Shown here piece by piece: positions 51,385-64,000 of a DNA stretch of 64,000 nucleotides; the first letter of the stretch is position 1, and every line of letters begins with the position of its first letter. The notes beneath the pieces are model-generated. The model was given only the letters and a program-made list of their open reading frames with translations. It ran no database searches and was not told where the DNA came from. The translations under genes were made by a program, and so were the position numbers. The stretch covers positions 11,904,001-11,968,000 of the forward strand of contig NC_091478.1 in the NCBI RefSeq assembly GCF_036971445.1, written 5' to 3'. The stretch comes from Narcine bancroftii (Eukaryota).

Positions 51385-52237
51385 GGAGGGAAGTTTGCAT
51401 TATGTTCTGAGCTTCATTTATCAACTTTTGTAGCTTCTTTCAATCTTGAGGACAGCTCCCATCCCACGCTTTGATGCATCCAGCCAGTATACTTCTGAGG
51501 GTATCCTTGTAGATGTTGCTGAGAGCCAAGGAGGAGATCCTTAGTTTTAAAAAGAAGTAGATGTGTTGATGCGCTTTCTTGACTGTGTGTCAAAGTGCTT
51601 GCCCGGGTTGTCATTTTATATTTTGTCATTTTCTTTAATATAGTCATCGTTCTCCCTCCTAATTGCTACTGTCCCCTCCCTCCCTTCTCCACTTATCACC
51701 TCCTAACTTTGCGACCAAGCCTCCCCCCTACTCTTTTGCTTGGATGCCTGTCGAAATTTTTCTATGCCTTGATGAAAGGCTCCAGCCCGAAACATCAGTT
51801 ATGTATTTTTACCTTTGCTATAGGGGTAAAACACTGTTTGACATGCTGAGTTTCTCCAGCATTGTGTGTTTTTAAGTCATTGGAGTTGTTTATTCCTAAG
51901 AACATGAAGCAATCTACACTTTCCATCTCAGCACCATTGATATAGCCAGGTGTGTGGTCGATGCCCCTGTTCCTGAAGTCAGTATCATCTCCTTCATCTT
52001 TTTGATATTAAGGGAGAGATTGTCCTTTGGCACCATGCCACTCAACTTTCAATCTCTTTCCTATATTCTATCTTATTATTATTTGAATCCCAGCTTCTAC
52101 TGATGTCACTGGTGAATTTGAAAAATGGATTTGGAACAATATTTAACTGTACAATTTTGGGCATAGAGGGAGTGTAGTAAGGGAGTGAGTTAGACAGGAA
52201 GGTAAGCATCCATTACAATGGGGAGAAGATGTTGAAG

Positions 52238-52619
52238 TAGTGGTTCTCAACCTTTTTCTTTCCATTCACATAGCAGTTTAAGTAATCCCTATGCCATCAG
52301 TGTTCTGTGATTAGTAAGGGATTGCTCAAGATGGTGTGTGAGTGGGAAGGGAAGGTTGAGAATCACTGTAAATCACGGTAAAAGAATCACTGCTCTAGGT
52401 CCAATTGTTACTGAAATATTTTGCTTGAGAAAAATTGACATTGGCCCATTTCCTTTGGAGTTATGAATCCGCGCACATGAGTCAAATCAAGTATGATTAA
52501 AACAGTGGTTTCCACCCACATACCACCTTAAGCAGTTGCTTACTAAGGACAGAGCACCTATGTCATAGGGAATACTTAAAGTGATATGTGAGTGGAAAGA
52601 AAAAGGTTGAGAACCTCTG
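52238..52619. mobile_element. hAT composite element, inverted relative to 5161-5543
   Basis: Hairpin-core-hairpin, with the core matching the reverse complement of 5299-5410. Decayed TSD TGTTGAAG / TGCTAAAG. Partial monomers also near 54070-54150 and 54285-54365. Confidence 0.82.
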
Positions 52620-55600
52620 TGCTAAAGGCTAGATCTCATCGTTTTAGAATATGTTTGATTGGGACTATGGTATTGAAGGCAAAGCTGCAGTCTGTCAGAA
52701 ATGGTCTTACATAAGTGTCTGGCATCCAGATAGGTGAATATAGATAGCAGCAGGAATTACAGAAGGTGTTCAGAAGCAGTGACTTCTCACAGAACTCCCT
52801 TCAAAGAGAGGAGAAGAACTTCTTCAGGGTAGGCACCCTTCAAAGAGACTTCACAGTTCAGCAACTGAATGCAGTGAAACAAGAAAGTCTGTAGACGATG
52901 TAATTGTAGTTCCTATTACTTCCAAGCCTTTTTCTCTTCTGCCCTCTGAACCATATCCTCTGGCCTGTGGGCCAGTGCCCCTCTCACACCATTTCATTCA
53001 GCCTGCTTTCCACTCACACCTTGACGAAGGGATCAGGCCCGAAATGTTGAGTTTTTTTTCTCATTGATTATCTTTTCCAGATAAAGAATGTTGCATGACC
53101 TGCTGAGTTTCTCGAGCACTTTTGTGCACTGAACCACCGTATTCAAGGACAGTTTCTTCCCCACCATTACAAGAGTGTTGAACAGACCTCTCATTAGTAA
53201 AACATTTAACTAAACATTTATTCTGTCACACTATTCGCTGCAATTTGTTTTATTTTGCATTCTCTGCTGTATTTGGGCATGGGTTGACTGATCAGGAAAG
53301 CACGTCAAATAGTTTTTCATTGTATCTTGGTACGTGTGAGGCTCATTGTCTGGTTTCAAGCAATACTGTGTCATCCCTTGAAACATTTTCTAGTTCTCCC
53401 TCATTATATAATTAGGCTTTAACTGGAATGCAGCTAATCCATAAGACAAATGTCAAACTGTTCAAACAATATTACCTTCACTCCAGAACCGAGGATTCTC
53501 CAATCTCACATATCGAGCTCCATCCAGTCAGCTGACAATGCCTGTGCATGCAGGCATTCAAAGGGCCAGCATCCATATCACTGTTGACTTGTTCACTGAA
53601 GTGTACCAGAAAATGAACCTTATACTATTGGGGATATGAAAGCTTGCTTCTGCTTGAGTAGCCTGCAAATTGTGGGTGGGGCGGGGGGGGGGGGGGGGTT
53701 GTGTTCATAGCTACATGGTTGAAAATTAAGTTAGCAAAATCCCAACATGCTCTTCATATTGTTGAATGCTGTTAGATTTCATAATCATTTATAATTTAAA
53801 CCAACTTACATAAAATGTAGAAACAGTTGAATGATCTTGTCAGCTGCATAAAACAGAATATAGAATGCAAACTAGCACATAGTTACAGAGCCAATCAGAT
53901 CAAACAGCTGGAATTAAGAGTATATGAGCACCCTCCATGACTTCTTGACGCTGTTTATTCTTCACTCAAGGTCTGCATGAGGAGTGGATCTCCACCATTC
54001 AGCAGAAACCCAAAGCCAAGTTCCAAAGTAAACAACTCACTTTGATTTATTTGTATCCTGCCTTTAGATTAGGGGTTCTCCACCATTTTTTCCCCACTCA
54101 TGTACCACCTTAAGTAATCCCTTACTAACCTCAGAGCACCTATGGCATAGGTTGTCATCGGTGCTAATTAAAAGCACGAGACCATCAGAAACTTTAAAAT
54201 TCACTTGTTATCAATTTAACATCTGATTTTCCTGCATTCCCATTTATGAAAATGATCTTGAAACTTCTTTGTAATCAGAGCATCAATGGCTCTCAACCTT
54301 TTTTTTAAACACTCACATGTCACCTTATGTAATCCCTTTCTAACCACCTACGGCATCCTTATGGATTCCCCCTATTGGTTTCCAGTGGATTTATTTACTC
54401 TTTCCACCATGCTTGTTCAATTACTTACTCTAAAACATGGGGAGAAATTAACATCTAATCTTGTAAATGACAGATGACTCTTTTCACACTTTTCCGGGAT
54501 GAGTTGTTAAATATTTTGTATCAGTCCAGCAGCAGATTGGCGCAGGTGCCCAGTAATGGGGAGAGCACCTCACCGTTGAGGAGAAGCTGAGGAGATGACC
54601 CCCCCCCCCCCCCAAGGTCTGTGACCGTGGCGGCAGACAAGCGAGCATCTCTGTGGTTGAAGGACATACACACACAAGGCGAGCTGTTGGTGACTTGCGG
54701 GCAAGGAACCCACACAGGCTGTGGGCTGACGGCGACTTGAGGACAAAAGACTCACAACAGGTTGCGGGCTGCTGGAGACCGGCTCCATGAGCACCAGGTA
54801 TCGCAACTGGGATATGAGAGGGTGCTAAGGGCAAGGAGGAGTCCTGAAGGGCCCTAGGTACTGAAAGCTTTATTATCATGTCTGGGGTTTAGATCTGAGC
54901 TCAGTTGTCGATGGTTTGAGCTGAATTGGAATCTTGTATGGCTGCTGAGGTTGCGGGAGCACTGGAGCCAAATCTGCCAACGCTCAGTGACACTGAGAGG
55001 ATTCTCTTTTGCTTCTCTTTCTGTGACTGTAAGGGGCACCAGCAAATGCTAATAGCAGGCTAAAGGCAGTTTTGTATAATGACATTTGTTTCATCACATA
55101 ACAATAAAAAATTCTGATATGATCTGATATATTGAAACACAAACTTGTCTAATTTTTAAAGATTTCCATTTTGAAACCACTTTGTGACCCAAATTCATAT
55201 TGTTAAATTTGAATGCACTGTTAACTAATGTGATTTTTATGAATTGACCTTTGATTAAAAATTAATCCCTAATGTCTTCTCCCTTTTATTTTCACTTTGT
55301 AGTCTTTGAGATTTCTAATGATTGTGAACTGCCTGTGGTTTTCAAGGATCTCAATGCCGTCCCATTTGCTCCTTTGGTACTTTGGGCAGACAGGCCAGAG
55401 ATTTCAAGGAGTCAGTGAAAATGTTGCATTGCTTCCGTGCGGGTCTTGAGCACATCTTCCTATTTTTCCTTCTATCTACCTGTAGCAGGGTTCAGAAAGG
55501 ATTCTGAACTTCATCACATGTATTTCAAATGGGGAGCCTTTCACACAAACAATGCAGCTTTCCATCTGCAGCGAGGTCCTCAGTACTTGACCTGCTGTTT

Positions 55601-58600
55601 TCCTTAACAGATCTTGATTTTAAAATACTCTTTTCAATAATAGAAAGACTACTCCTTAGCATCTAAAATCTTGAATGTTCAAATTAAAGCAAGTTAGTTC
55701 AGGAATACATATTTGACAATTGCAACATTTCAAACTGAATCGCCATTAAGCTTTCAATGCCCTCATTACTTCTACTTCAAAACAATCACAAATACCTGTT
55801 GGATAGTTGAATGCTTCCAATCACATCGGAGTGTTCTGAGCACAAGATGTTTACAGATTTTCTTTGACCACAAGTTCTAGAATCTGAACATGCAGAGCAC
55901 ATGAAATATCCAGTATTCATTTGCTATCATAATTTTCCACCTTCCTGTTATGAGATTATGTATTTTGTTTCCGTTTTTTAAAAGACTAATGAAAATTACA
56001 GAGGACTGAAAACATTCTACTCCAGAGAAAATTCACAGTTGAATTATTAACGATTCTTTTGCCGTTATGAACAAGTTGCTGCTTTCTTCGTTGACAGAGA
56101 ATAATGATGAATTTCTTTCCTTAGCTCAACAATTATTATTCACCATTTAAGCCATTTTGGAACGTGATATTATCTTACTATAATATCAGATGCCTAAAAT
56201 AACTGATGAAATTTTGAGTATTTTATGAGTTTATTTTTAAGGTGGTTTATTTATTTCAAGCTGTTGAAGCCAACAAATTGCACATCACCCTGAAATATAT
56301 TATAGTTCCCTTCTTATTGCTGGGTTTAAATACTAAACTACCTACTTAACATTGCTGGGGGAGTACTTCACCGCAAAGGCAACTGCAGTTCAGAAAGGCA
56401 GCTCACTTCGACCTTCTCAAAGGCAATTCAGAAAGGACCATAAAATTTGGCCTTGACACAGTTTATAAATGATCCCCTTTAAAACTCCTTCCTCTCACCT
56501 TAAACCTATGTTCTCTTGTTTCTCAAACCCCCAGAGTGAGAAAAAGATTTAATCAACCATGCCTCTCAAAATCTTACATATTTCTGCAGGTTATCCATCA
56601 TTCAGCCTCCTTAACTCCAAGAAAATGAGCTCAGCTGATGCAATTTCTCCTCATGAATAATATAGTTTAATTTGGCAAGATCCTGTTGCATCTCCTCTGC
56701 AATCTCTCTCTCACATCATCTCATCCTACCTATGGTTTGCTTAGCTTCATTGGCTGCAAAATATTTGGGGACACACTGAAGAACTGCATCCCTCTGACTT
56801 GTATGTCTTTTATAAATTTCTGCTCTACATGAAGCTGAAATGAATTACTATTTAATGCAGGGATCTCTTACATGTGAAAAGTGGTCTTTAGTTTATCATG
56901 GGCCAAGTTGCAGAGTTGTTTATAGCCTCCATGGTGAAGTTCAGCAGTTCCAGGGACAATTTTGGTATTGTCAAAACAAGTTTGTTATCTCCAGGCTGAA
57001 CATTTTGTTATACAAGGAACAAGTTCAATGGATCCAAGAATCCATGAGTCTGGACATAGATTAGTTGTAATAAAAGTCTTTATTTTCCAGTGAGGGAATT
57101 TTTGCCACAGGGAATCACACAAGGCACAGACAGGAGCTGCATCAGGCGCAACTACAAACTGCACTAAATATATATAGAGTAGAGGCAAGATGCAACAACA
57201 GTCCCCGCCACCCTTCTGCCTGGTGCAGGTACAGCACTAAGATAAATTAGAAAGAAGAAACATGGTAAAACAATCATCCGTTAATGTGCACCACTGGCAC
57301 ATGCCTTGATATCAATTCTTCAGCATCGGATCTGGCTCATGACCTGGAGTGTGTCAAGATAGAGTGCTAGTGATACCCCTGACCACTAGAGGGAGTCAGA
57401 GATGAGTTGTTGCAGCTAGGAGTAGATTAAAAATGGATGCCTCCATGAGCCATGAGCACTTTAGCTAACAAAGTATAGTTGTTATAAAAGAACCCAAATT
57501 TATTTATTACGGTAAAAGAATCATCACAGAGTGGAGACCGGGTTTCTTCCTCAGGCAAAAGAGAGTCAGCTGCTCCATGTGTTGGGCTTTATAAGCCTCT
57601 GCTGGTCTGTAGGGCTGGCCCAGATATGCCCAGAAAAGGGCAGATGATTAACAGAGCCACTGGCGACTTGTGTAGTATTTTTGAAAAGGCCAATTACAAG
57701 GTAAGTGTGGGTGGCTCAGTGTGGGTGGCCTCACCCTTGATTGACAGATCTGGTGGCTTCTGATCAGGTCCCAGCCAGAGAGATCAGATGACCCTCCACA
57801 TTATGCACTTGCAAGTTGGCACTGCCTCTGTTAATGTGTATGCATGAACTGTTCATGCATTTTAGAATCTTTACAGAATTTTTAAAAATTACAGGAAGGT
57901 TCCCAAAATGCATAAACCTATTCCCTAACTTAAAAGTGTACATCCACATTTCAAATTGTTTTTAAAGAGGTTCCACAATAGCTAGAATTTCACTCCTCCA
58001 GAATTCCTGGTTGATTAAAATAATTACGGGAATATCTATTCAATTTGTAATATGGACTATTTGAGTTTTACTTTGCTATTGTTGTTTCTTGGCTCAAAAC
58101 ACAAAGCTATTAAATACAGAGGTTTCTGCAACTGTATGAAAAGCTGGTGCTTTGGCACCTCAGAGGAAATGTGTCATTATTAAAGGGATGAATCCCAAAG
58201 GGTTTAAAATCTGATAGAACATCCACTATAGAAAAATAGATTTACCCAAACACTTTGGAGGATTTGTATAAAAACAACAAAATGCTGGAATACTCAGCAG
58301 GGCAGGGCACATCTGGGGAAAGAGAAACAGAGCTCATGTTTCAAGTCTAAGGCCCTTCAGCATTCTCACCCTTAGATATGGTTGTCAGGCTCAATGGTGG
58401 ATGAAGTGTGGTGACCACATTCCCCTGCTGCCACAGATCTCCATCTAAAGTGACCAACAGTTTTCAGAAATCAGAGTTTAACACATATTTTACTGATCCT
58501 ATATCTTCCCTGCTCTGTACATCACCCAATCCAACCATTCCTCCCCTTTCCCTTCACCACCCCTCTTCTCCAGAGAGCTCTATCATATTTTGTCCAGAGG

Positions 58601-59559
58601 TGAGGGTAGGGGAGGATTTCCTGAGCCTTTTTGACGACTGTCATCGAAGAAGTGTGCAAAAGCTACCCATGATTATTTATTCAGCTCGGGATAGTGGGGA
58701 GGGGAGGGGCAACTCTTCACTTTGCCTTGATAGCTAGATTGGAATAATTTAGTTAAATTTACATTCTGCGTAAAAGGTGAGCTTGAATCTTTTTCCTTTT
58801 CCTTCTCTGTTGTGTCCTCATTATTCACACTTTTAAACAGTAGCACTCAGTATGTAGAAAATAATTTAAAATGGCAGTTGGGGTCATTAAATAGAGCCTA
58901 TTGCAATCGAACATGTTGATGAGTTAATGTAGAAAAAACAACCAGGTTGGTTGAGAAGGACTGACTGAAGAAGTCATTCTGCAGCAACAATATCAGAAAG
59001 GGTGTCATAGAAACCATGCTATTTATAAGCTTATTGTAGAATGCACTGCAAAGCTTCCAGACCATAAAGATCATTGCATACTTGCAAACTCTCAAACGTT
59101 GCAATCATGTTCTTCATGATCAATTTTTACCGCTAAGCAAAACCCTTGTTCACCATTTACCAAAACAATCCGTAAAACCTTCTACTGCTGATAAGGCCCT
59201 GAAGACAGTGGTCATTTCTGTATCCAACTTGGCTTGATCTCCTGCACATAATCCTGATTCCTGCATCTGAATAATTTTTTTTATATATTCTCTGCTCCAA
59301 GGAGCTTCCAAAATATCTGCTAACAAGAACGTTAAGAAACAACTGATCCTAACACTGGAAATGTTAGACCAGGTTAAGGCCTATCCAACCCAACGTGAAT
59401 GGCCTAATGGATCCAAACCTGGCTTGATGATAAGAAGTAGAACATGGTGGCGGAAGGTTTGATTGAAGGTCTGTAACTGGTGGTATGCTGGGACCTTTTG
59501 CTTGTGATATATATTAGCAACTGAATAGTGAATGTAAGAGGTGCGAGCAGAAAACCAGA

Positions 59560-59950
59560 GGTGCGCGATTCAGTGATCAATGGGGGAATCAGAGGTGGAG
59601 AGGGTGAACAAATTTAAGTTTTTGAGAGTCACTAATTCGGAGGATCTTTCCTGGGCCAAACACACTAATGGCATCATGAAGATAGCACGTCAGTGTCTCT
59701 ACTTCCTCGGGAGTTTGCGGAGGTTTGGTATGACATCAGAAACCCTGGAAAATTTCTACACTTTATTGATTTTTTTTCCCTTTATATTGCATAGTCAGTT
59801 TGTTTACATTTTTTAACTTATTTACATGTGTGTCTTGTTTTTTTTACATTACCAATAAGTGGTTATTTTGCCTCACCCTTAGAAAAAGATTCTCAAGGTT
59901 GCATGTGATGTCAAGCATTTACCCTGGAAATAAATCTGAAGTTTGAACTT
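59560..59950 (+). mobile_element. Rex1/Babar-like LINE 3' remnant with internal deletion
   Basis: ORF 59580..59816 (VERVNKFKFL....SEDLSW......ARQCLYFL..LRRFGM...L.NFY) is followed directly by an AATAAATCTGAAGTTTGAAC tail. Confidence 0.7.
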
Positions 59951-61397
59951 TGATCAGTATATCTGTGGATGACACAAGAAATTGGTGGAGCTAAGCACCA
60001 ATGCAGGCAAATCGGATTACAGTTCACATGTACCTTGTACAATCTACGGTATATGACCATAAACTCAATATCATTATCTCTTTATCAAATGGCATTGATG
60101 TAGATGGGCAGAGTCATTATTGATGTGGTTGCCAGGAGGGCTACTTTCTGTTCTATACAATTCTATGTCTTTATAATTCTGTGATGAGTCCTAGATCTCT
60201 CCCTTGACTTCTTCATCAAGTGAAACACTGGGGATTATCAGTGTGCTGAGTGAGCTAATGATGTCTATATTTGGTCATAGATTGTAATGAACCAGAATTT
60301 GCAGTCAAAATAATGGTGAGTCCTAACAACAGTTTCCATTATTTATGTGGAAATATTAAAGCAATTCTGCTTTGTGGCAAAGGCAGTTTTAAACTGATAT
60401 CCCAAAGCTGACATCTTAATCATGTCACTTTAACTGTCATAATGAATAGAGCATCTCATGCTGAATGCACTCAGTGTCCTGGAGTTAGTGTGATCTGTTG
60501 TATATAGAAAATAAACTAACTCTGAAAGTTTAATACTGCCATTTCAGTCTAATTTTAACAATGTATAAACTACTTCAGTAACTCTTCAGCTCAAGAAATT
60601 CATAACTGTACATTTGGATTATAATTGACTCAGATTTTACTTGTAGTTGGAGTTATACTTCAGTAAAATGTTACAATCTAGCTTTTATTAATTTTGTTTT
60701 CTGTCACTTTCCCCTCTCTCCTTCTTCATCCAATCTTTCTCAATCGACTACTCTTTCTGTACATGATTTTAGTTTGTATTTCCCCACTCTCAATCTTCGT
60801 TTATTTCTGGACCTTTCAATCTGATTCAGGAGATGTGCATTTGCTTGCCCCAGTTGTGCAGGTCCAAAGTGCCAAAATCATCGATGCCTACTTTTAGCAG
60901 CACGTCTCACAAAATATTGTAGGACCTGAGCATGCGAGAAAACTGGCCTTACTTTGGCAGGTGGCAAAACAACATAAAAAGTGGCAATTTTAGCTCATTG
61001 AGTCTATTCCAGCTCAGAAAGTAACTCCATTCATCATTAATTTTCCATGTAATGCCCATGTTCCAATGAACATTCCCCCAACACCCCCACCAGCGACTCC
61101 ATCTGTCCCACTTACAGGTATGTCATAGGTGCCTTTTAACGTAGCAATAGACATTGTCTTTGGAATGTGCGAAGAAACACAGAACATGTCAACAGAAGTC
61201 AGAATTGAATGTGATTCACTAGAACAGTCAGATGCCAATAATGCCACTGTTACAGCCATAGATTTTTTAGTGCAAAAAGCAAAACTGCTGGAGGGACTCA
61301 AGCAACATCATTATGGAGGGGACAAGGAGGAAGGTGAGAAAGAATCACCAACGGTATAGATCAAAACCCTTCATCAACACTGATTATGGAGAGGGGG

Positions 61398-61624
61398 NNN
61401 NNNNNNNNNNNNNNNNNNNNNNNNNNNNNNNNNNNNNNNNNNNNNNNNNNNNNNNNNNNNNNNNNNNNNNNNNNNNNNNNNNNNNNNNNNNNNNNNNNNN
61501 NNNNNNNNNNNNNNNNNNNNNNNNNNNNNNNNNNNNNNNNNNNNNNNNNNNNNNNNNNNNNNNNNNNNNNNNNNNNNNNNNNNNNNNNNNNNNNNNNNNN
61601 NNNNNNNNNNNNNNNNNNNNNNNN
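61398..61624. other. Assembly gap (N run)
   Basis: 227 Ns. Confidence 1.
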
Positions 61625-61734
61625 CAGAAAGAGAGAAAGAGGGGAAAATGACAAAGAGAGAGAAAAAGAAAAAAAGGAAAGAAAGAAATATTGAAGCAAG
61701 ATGAACCAGGGAAGGGTGAGGATGGAGATCATTG

Positions 61735-62830
61735 GTGGACTGAATCATGTGAAAGCGAGTGGAGAGTCTGCGAGTGGTGATACGAAAGGAGCAGAAGAAT
61801 TTGTTGAAACCCTACATAAACTAATTGTAGATGGAGGTTATTTGCCCCAGCAAATTTTTAATATGGATGAAACCTCCTTATTCTGGAAGCAAATGCCTGA
61901 AAGGACCTTCATCCACAAGGAGGCCAAGTCAATGAAAGGCTTTAAGGCTTTTAAAGAAAGAGTGACAGTATTGTTACGAGGCAATGTTTCTGGCTACAAG
62001 TTAAAGCCATTTCTTATTTGGCATAGTGAAAACCCCAGGGCTTTCAACAACGTTAACAAACACACCTTACCGGCTTATGACAGGAGCAATAAAGAGTCCT
62101 GGATGACACATTGCTGTTTCAGGATACCCTTCTCGCTTGCTATGCCAGTGAAATGGATAAGTACTGCTTGGAAGAAGGCAAACCTTTCAAGTTTTGCTAA
62201 TTGTAGGCAATGCTCTAGGACATCCCCCCTTTCATTGGTGGCCTCCACCCCTCCCACCAAACACCACCTCTTTAATCCAGCCAATGGACCATGGGGTTAT
62301 TGCAGCATTCAAGGCCGACCGTCTGAGGAGGATCTTTACTCCGGATGTTGCTGCAACGGATGACATTGGCAAGATACTGGAGCAGTTCTGGAAGGAGAAT
62401 GACATTTTCTACTGCATAAGGAACCTTGCTTGGGCCTGGGATGATGTGACCAAAGAGTGCATGAATGGCACATGGAAGAAAATACTGAAGCGATATGTGC
62501 ATTACTTTCGGGATTTGAAAAAGATGAGATTGCAAGGATTAATAGAGCTGTTGTTGACATGGTAAACAACAACCTAAACCTAGATGTAGATGAGGACATT
62601 GAAGAACTCCGAGAGGTGGTTCCTGAGGAACTAAAAAAAAAAGAAGAGCTGCAGGAGCAAGAACGAATCACTGAAGAGGCAAGGGGAAAGGAAACTGCAG
62701 GAGAAGAGCAGGTGCAGAAAAGGTTCACTGTTAAGGGGTTCGCCAAATTCTTTGCAGACCATAACAGCCTGCTGAAGAGATGGACCCAAACATTGAGTGT
62801 TTTTCACTGATAGAGAGGAATGCCCATGCA
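61735..62830 (+). pseudogene. Degenerate Tigger/pogo (TIGD1-like) DDE transposase
   Basis: Three frameshifted ORFs give GESAS.D...A..F, QIFNMDETSLFWKQMPERTFI, KLKPFLIWHSENPRAF, LLIVGNALGHP and PPNTTSLIQPMDHGVIAAFK. The second catalytic Asp is replaced by Gly. Confidence 0.88.
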
Positions 62831-63169
62831 GTGTTTGCTTAAACAACTCCCCAAGAGCCTCGACCAGGTCCTTCAGGTATTAGAGTATTCATCAATAGAG
62901 GTCACTCAACCTGAAACTCGATGAGGAAGTTGAGACCAGTGATGTGGATAATCCTGTGTTAAATGTTTAGTGTTTACATAAAAGCTTAAAAAGTGGAAAA
63001 GAAATACAGTTTAATTTAGCGCAAATTCAGTATCTCATACAACTCTGCTAAGTATATACAGTAATATGGTGTTTTCACAACGTCCACATCGCATAACGCC
63101 CAGTTTCACAGAATGCTTCGTAGACGATTAGCTACATATACCTGAAAAGCGGCGATAATGGTTGGAAAG

Positions 63170-63640
63170 GAAACCCTCAGTGGTGTTTCCAATTGCTTGC
63201 TATTTCAACTGCTTTTCCCTTTCCTGCACTGACTTGTCCACCCTTGGCCTTCTCCATTCCCAGGATGAGCTCACACACAAGCTTGTGTTCTGCCTGGGTA
63301 CAGTCCAATCATGTGAGCTTTGGATTTTCCAACTTTGGGAAGTGCTCACCTCCAGAGTTCCCATTTTCTTCCAGTCCACCTCCAGTCCTCCCCCACTCCT
63401 TTTTATGTCCCTTCTCTCATAACCCCTACCCAGGCCCCACCCATTATCATCCCCGTCCCCCTTCTGGTTCCACCTGTTCTTATCTGACCACCTCTCCCCT
63501 GATTGTTCCATTACCACCATTGTCATGTTTACTCATCAGATTCCAGCACTGGTTTCCATCATCCATCAATCTAACTGTTTTCACCTTCACCCTCCCTTGG
63601 CTCAGTTTGTTCATACCACCTCCTTTTCTTCCTCCCTCTC
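63170..63640 (+). mobile_element. Penelope-like 3' remnant
   Basis: Resembles the 1880-2450 and 38 kb copies (KLVFCLGTVQ), followed by a CT-rich tail. Confidence 0.5.
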
Positions 63641-64000
63641 TCTTAGTATTTTATTAGTATTCATTACATATAGAAAAATGTAAAGACAATTAAGATTTAA
63701 GTAAGTCATTAAAATGGAAACAAAGAAAGTAAATTTCACTAAAACACTAACAATGGAAATCATTAAAAGATTAAAACAAAAGTGAAAATAATTTGAAATA
63801 ATTATTTTACACAGACCACAAATTCTAATAAGTTTGGAGTGATAATTTACCAGTGTAATGTGACATCCAGAATCCAAATTAATAAACACAGTGTCCTCTG
63901 TCACACAACATGACCCAGAAAGTGCATTAGAGCAAGGCTGGCCCATACTTCACTTTAACAGGTTTGAACCAAGCTGTCTCCTTCAGAATGGCACTACACA

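Noticed and set aside
56980-57800. Further LTR-like segments on the minus strand
   Set aside because: TATA and poly(A)-like motifs are present, but I could not fix termini or a TSD.

Overview
Vertebrate genomic DNA. The repeat content (CR1, RTE, Rex1, Penelope, V-SINE and Deu-SINE-like elements) suggests a cartilaginous fish, which is an inference. The window holds the 5' half of WDR11 on the minus strand: a CpG-island promoter near 40.0-40.45 kb and 12 coding exons from the ATG at 40235 down to 3234. All exons have GT-AG junctions and splice into one open frame of 1666 nt (555 codons plus 1 nt). The gene continues past position 1. The introns and the ~24 kb upstream are packed with transposon remnants, many with readable termini and target-site duplications (TSDs), and there are two assembly gaps. 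Almost all ORFs in the track are spurious or transposon-derived. I cannot support a new multi-gene system here. The best leads are: (1) a 106/107-bp inverted repeat bracketing WDR11 exon 8, with a template-switch-like scar; (2) a perfect 22-bp x ~32 array whose junctions create 31 CACGTG E-boxes next to TATAAA; (3) a composite hAT element built from two hairpin MITEs that also move alone; (4) a TSD-bounded bipartite non-autonomous RTE; (5) an unexplained coding-like segment just upstream of exon 11.
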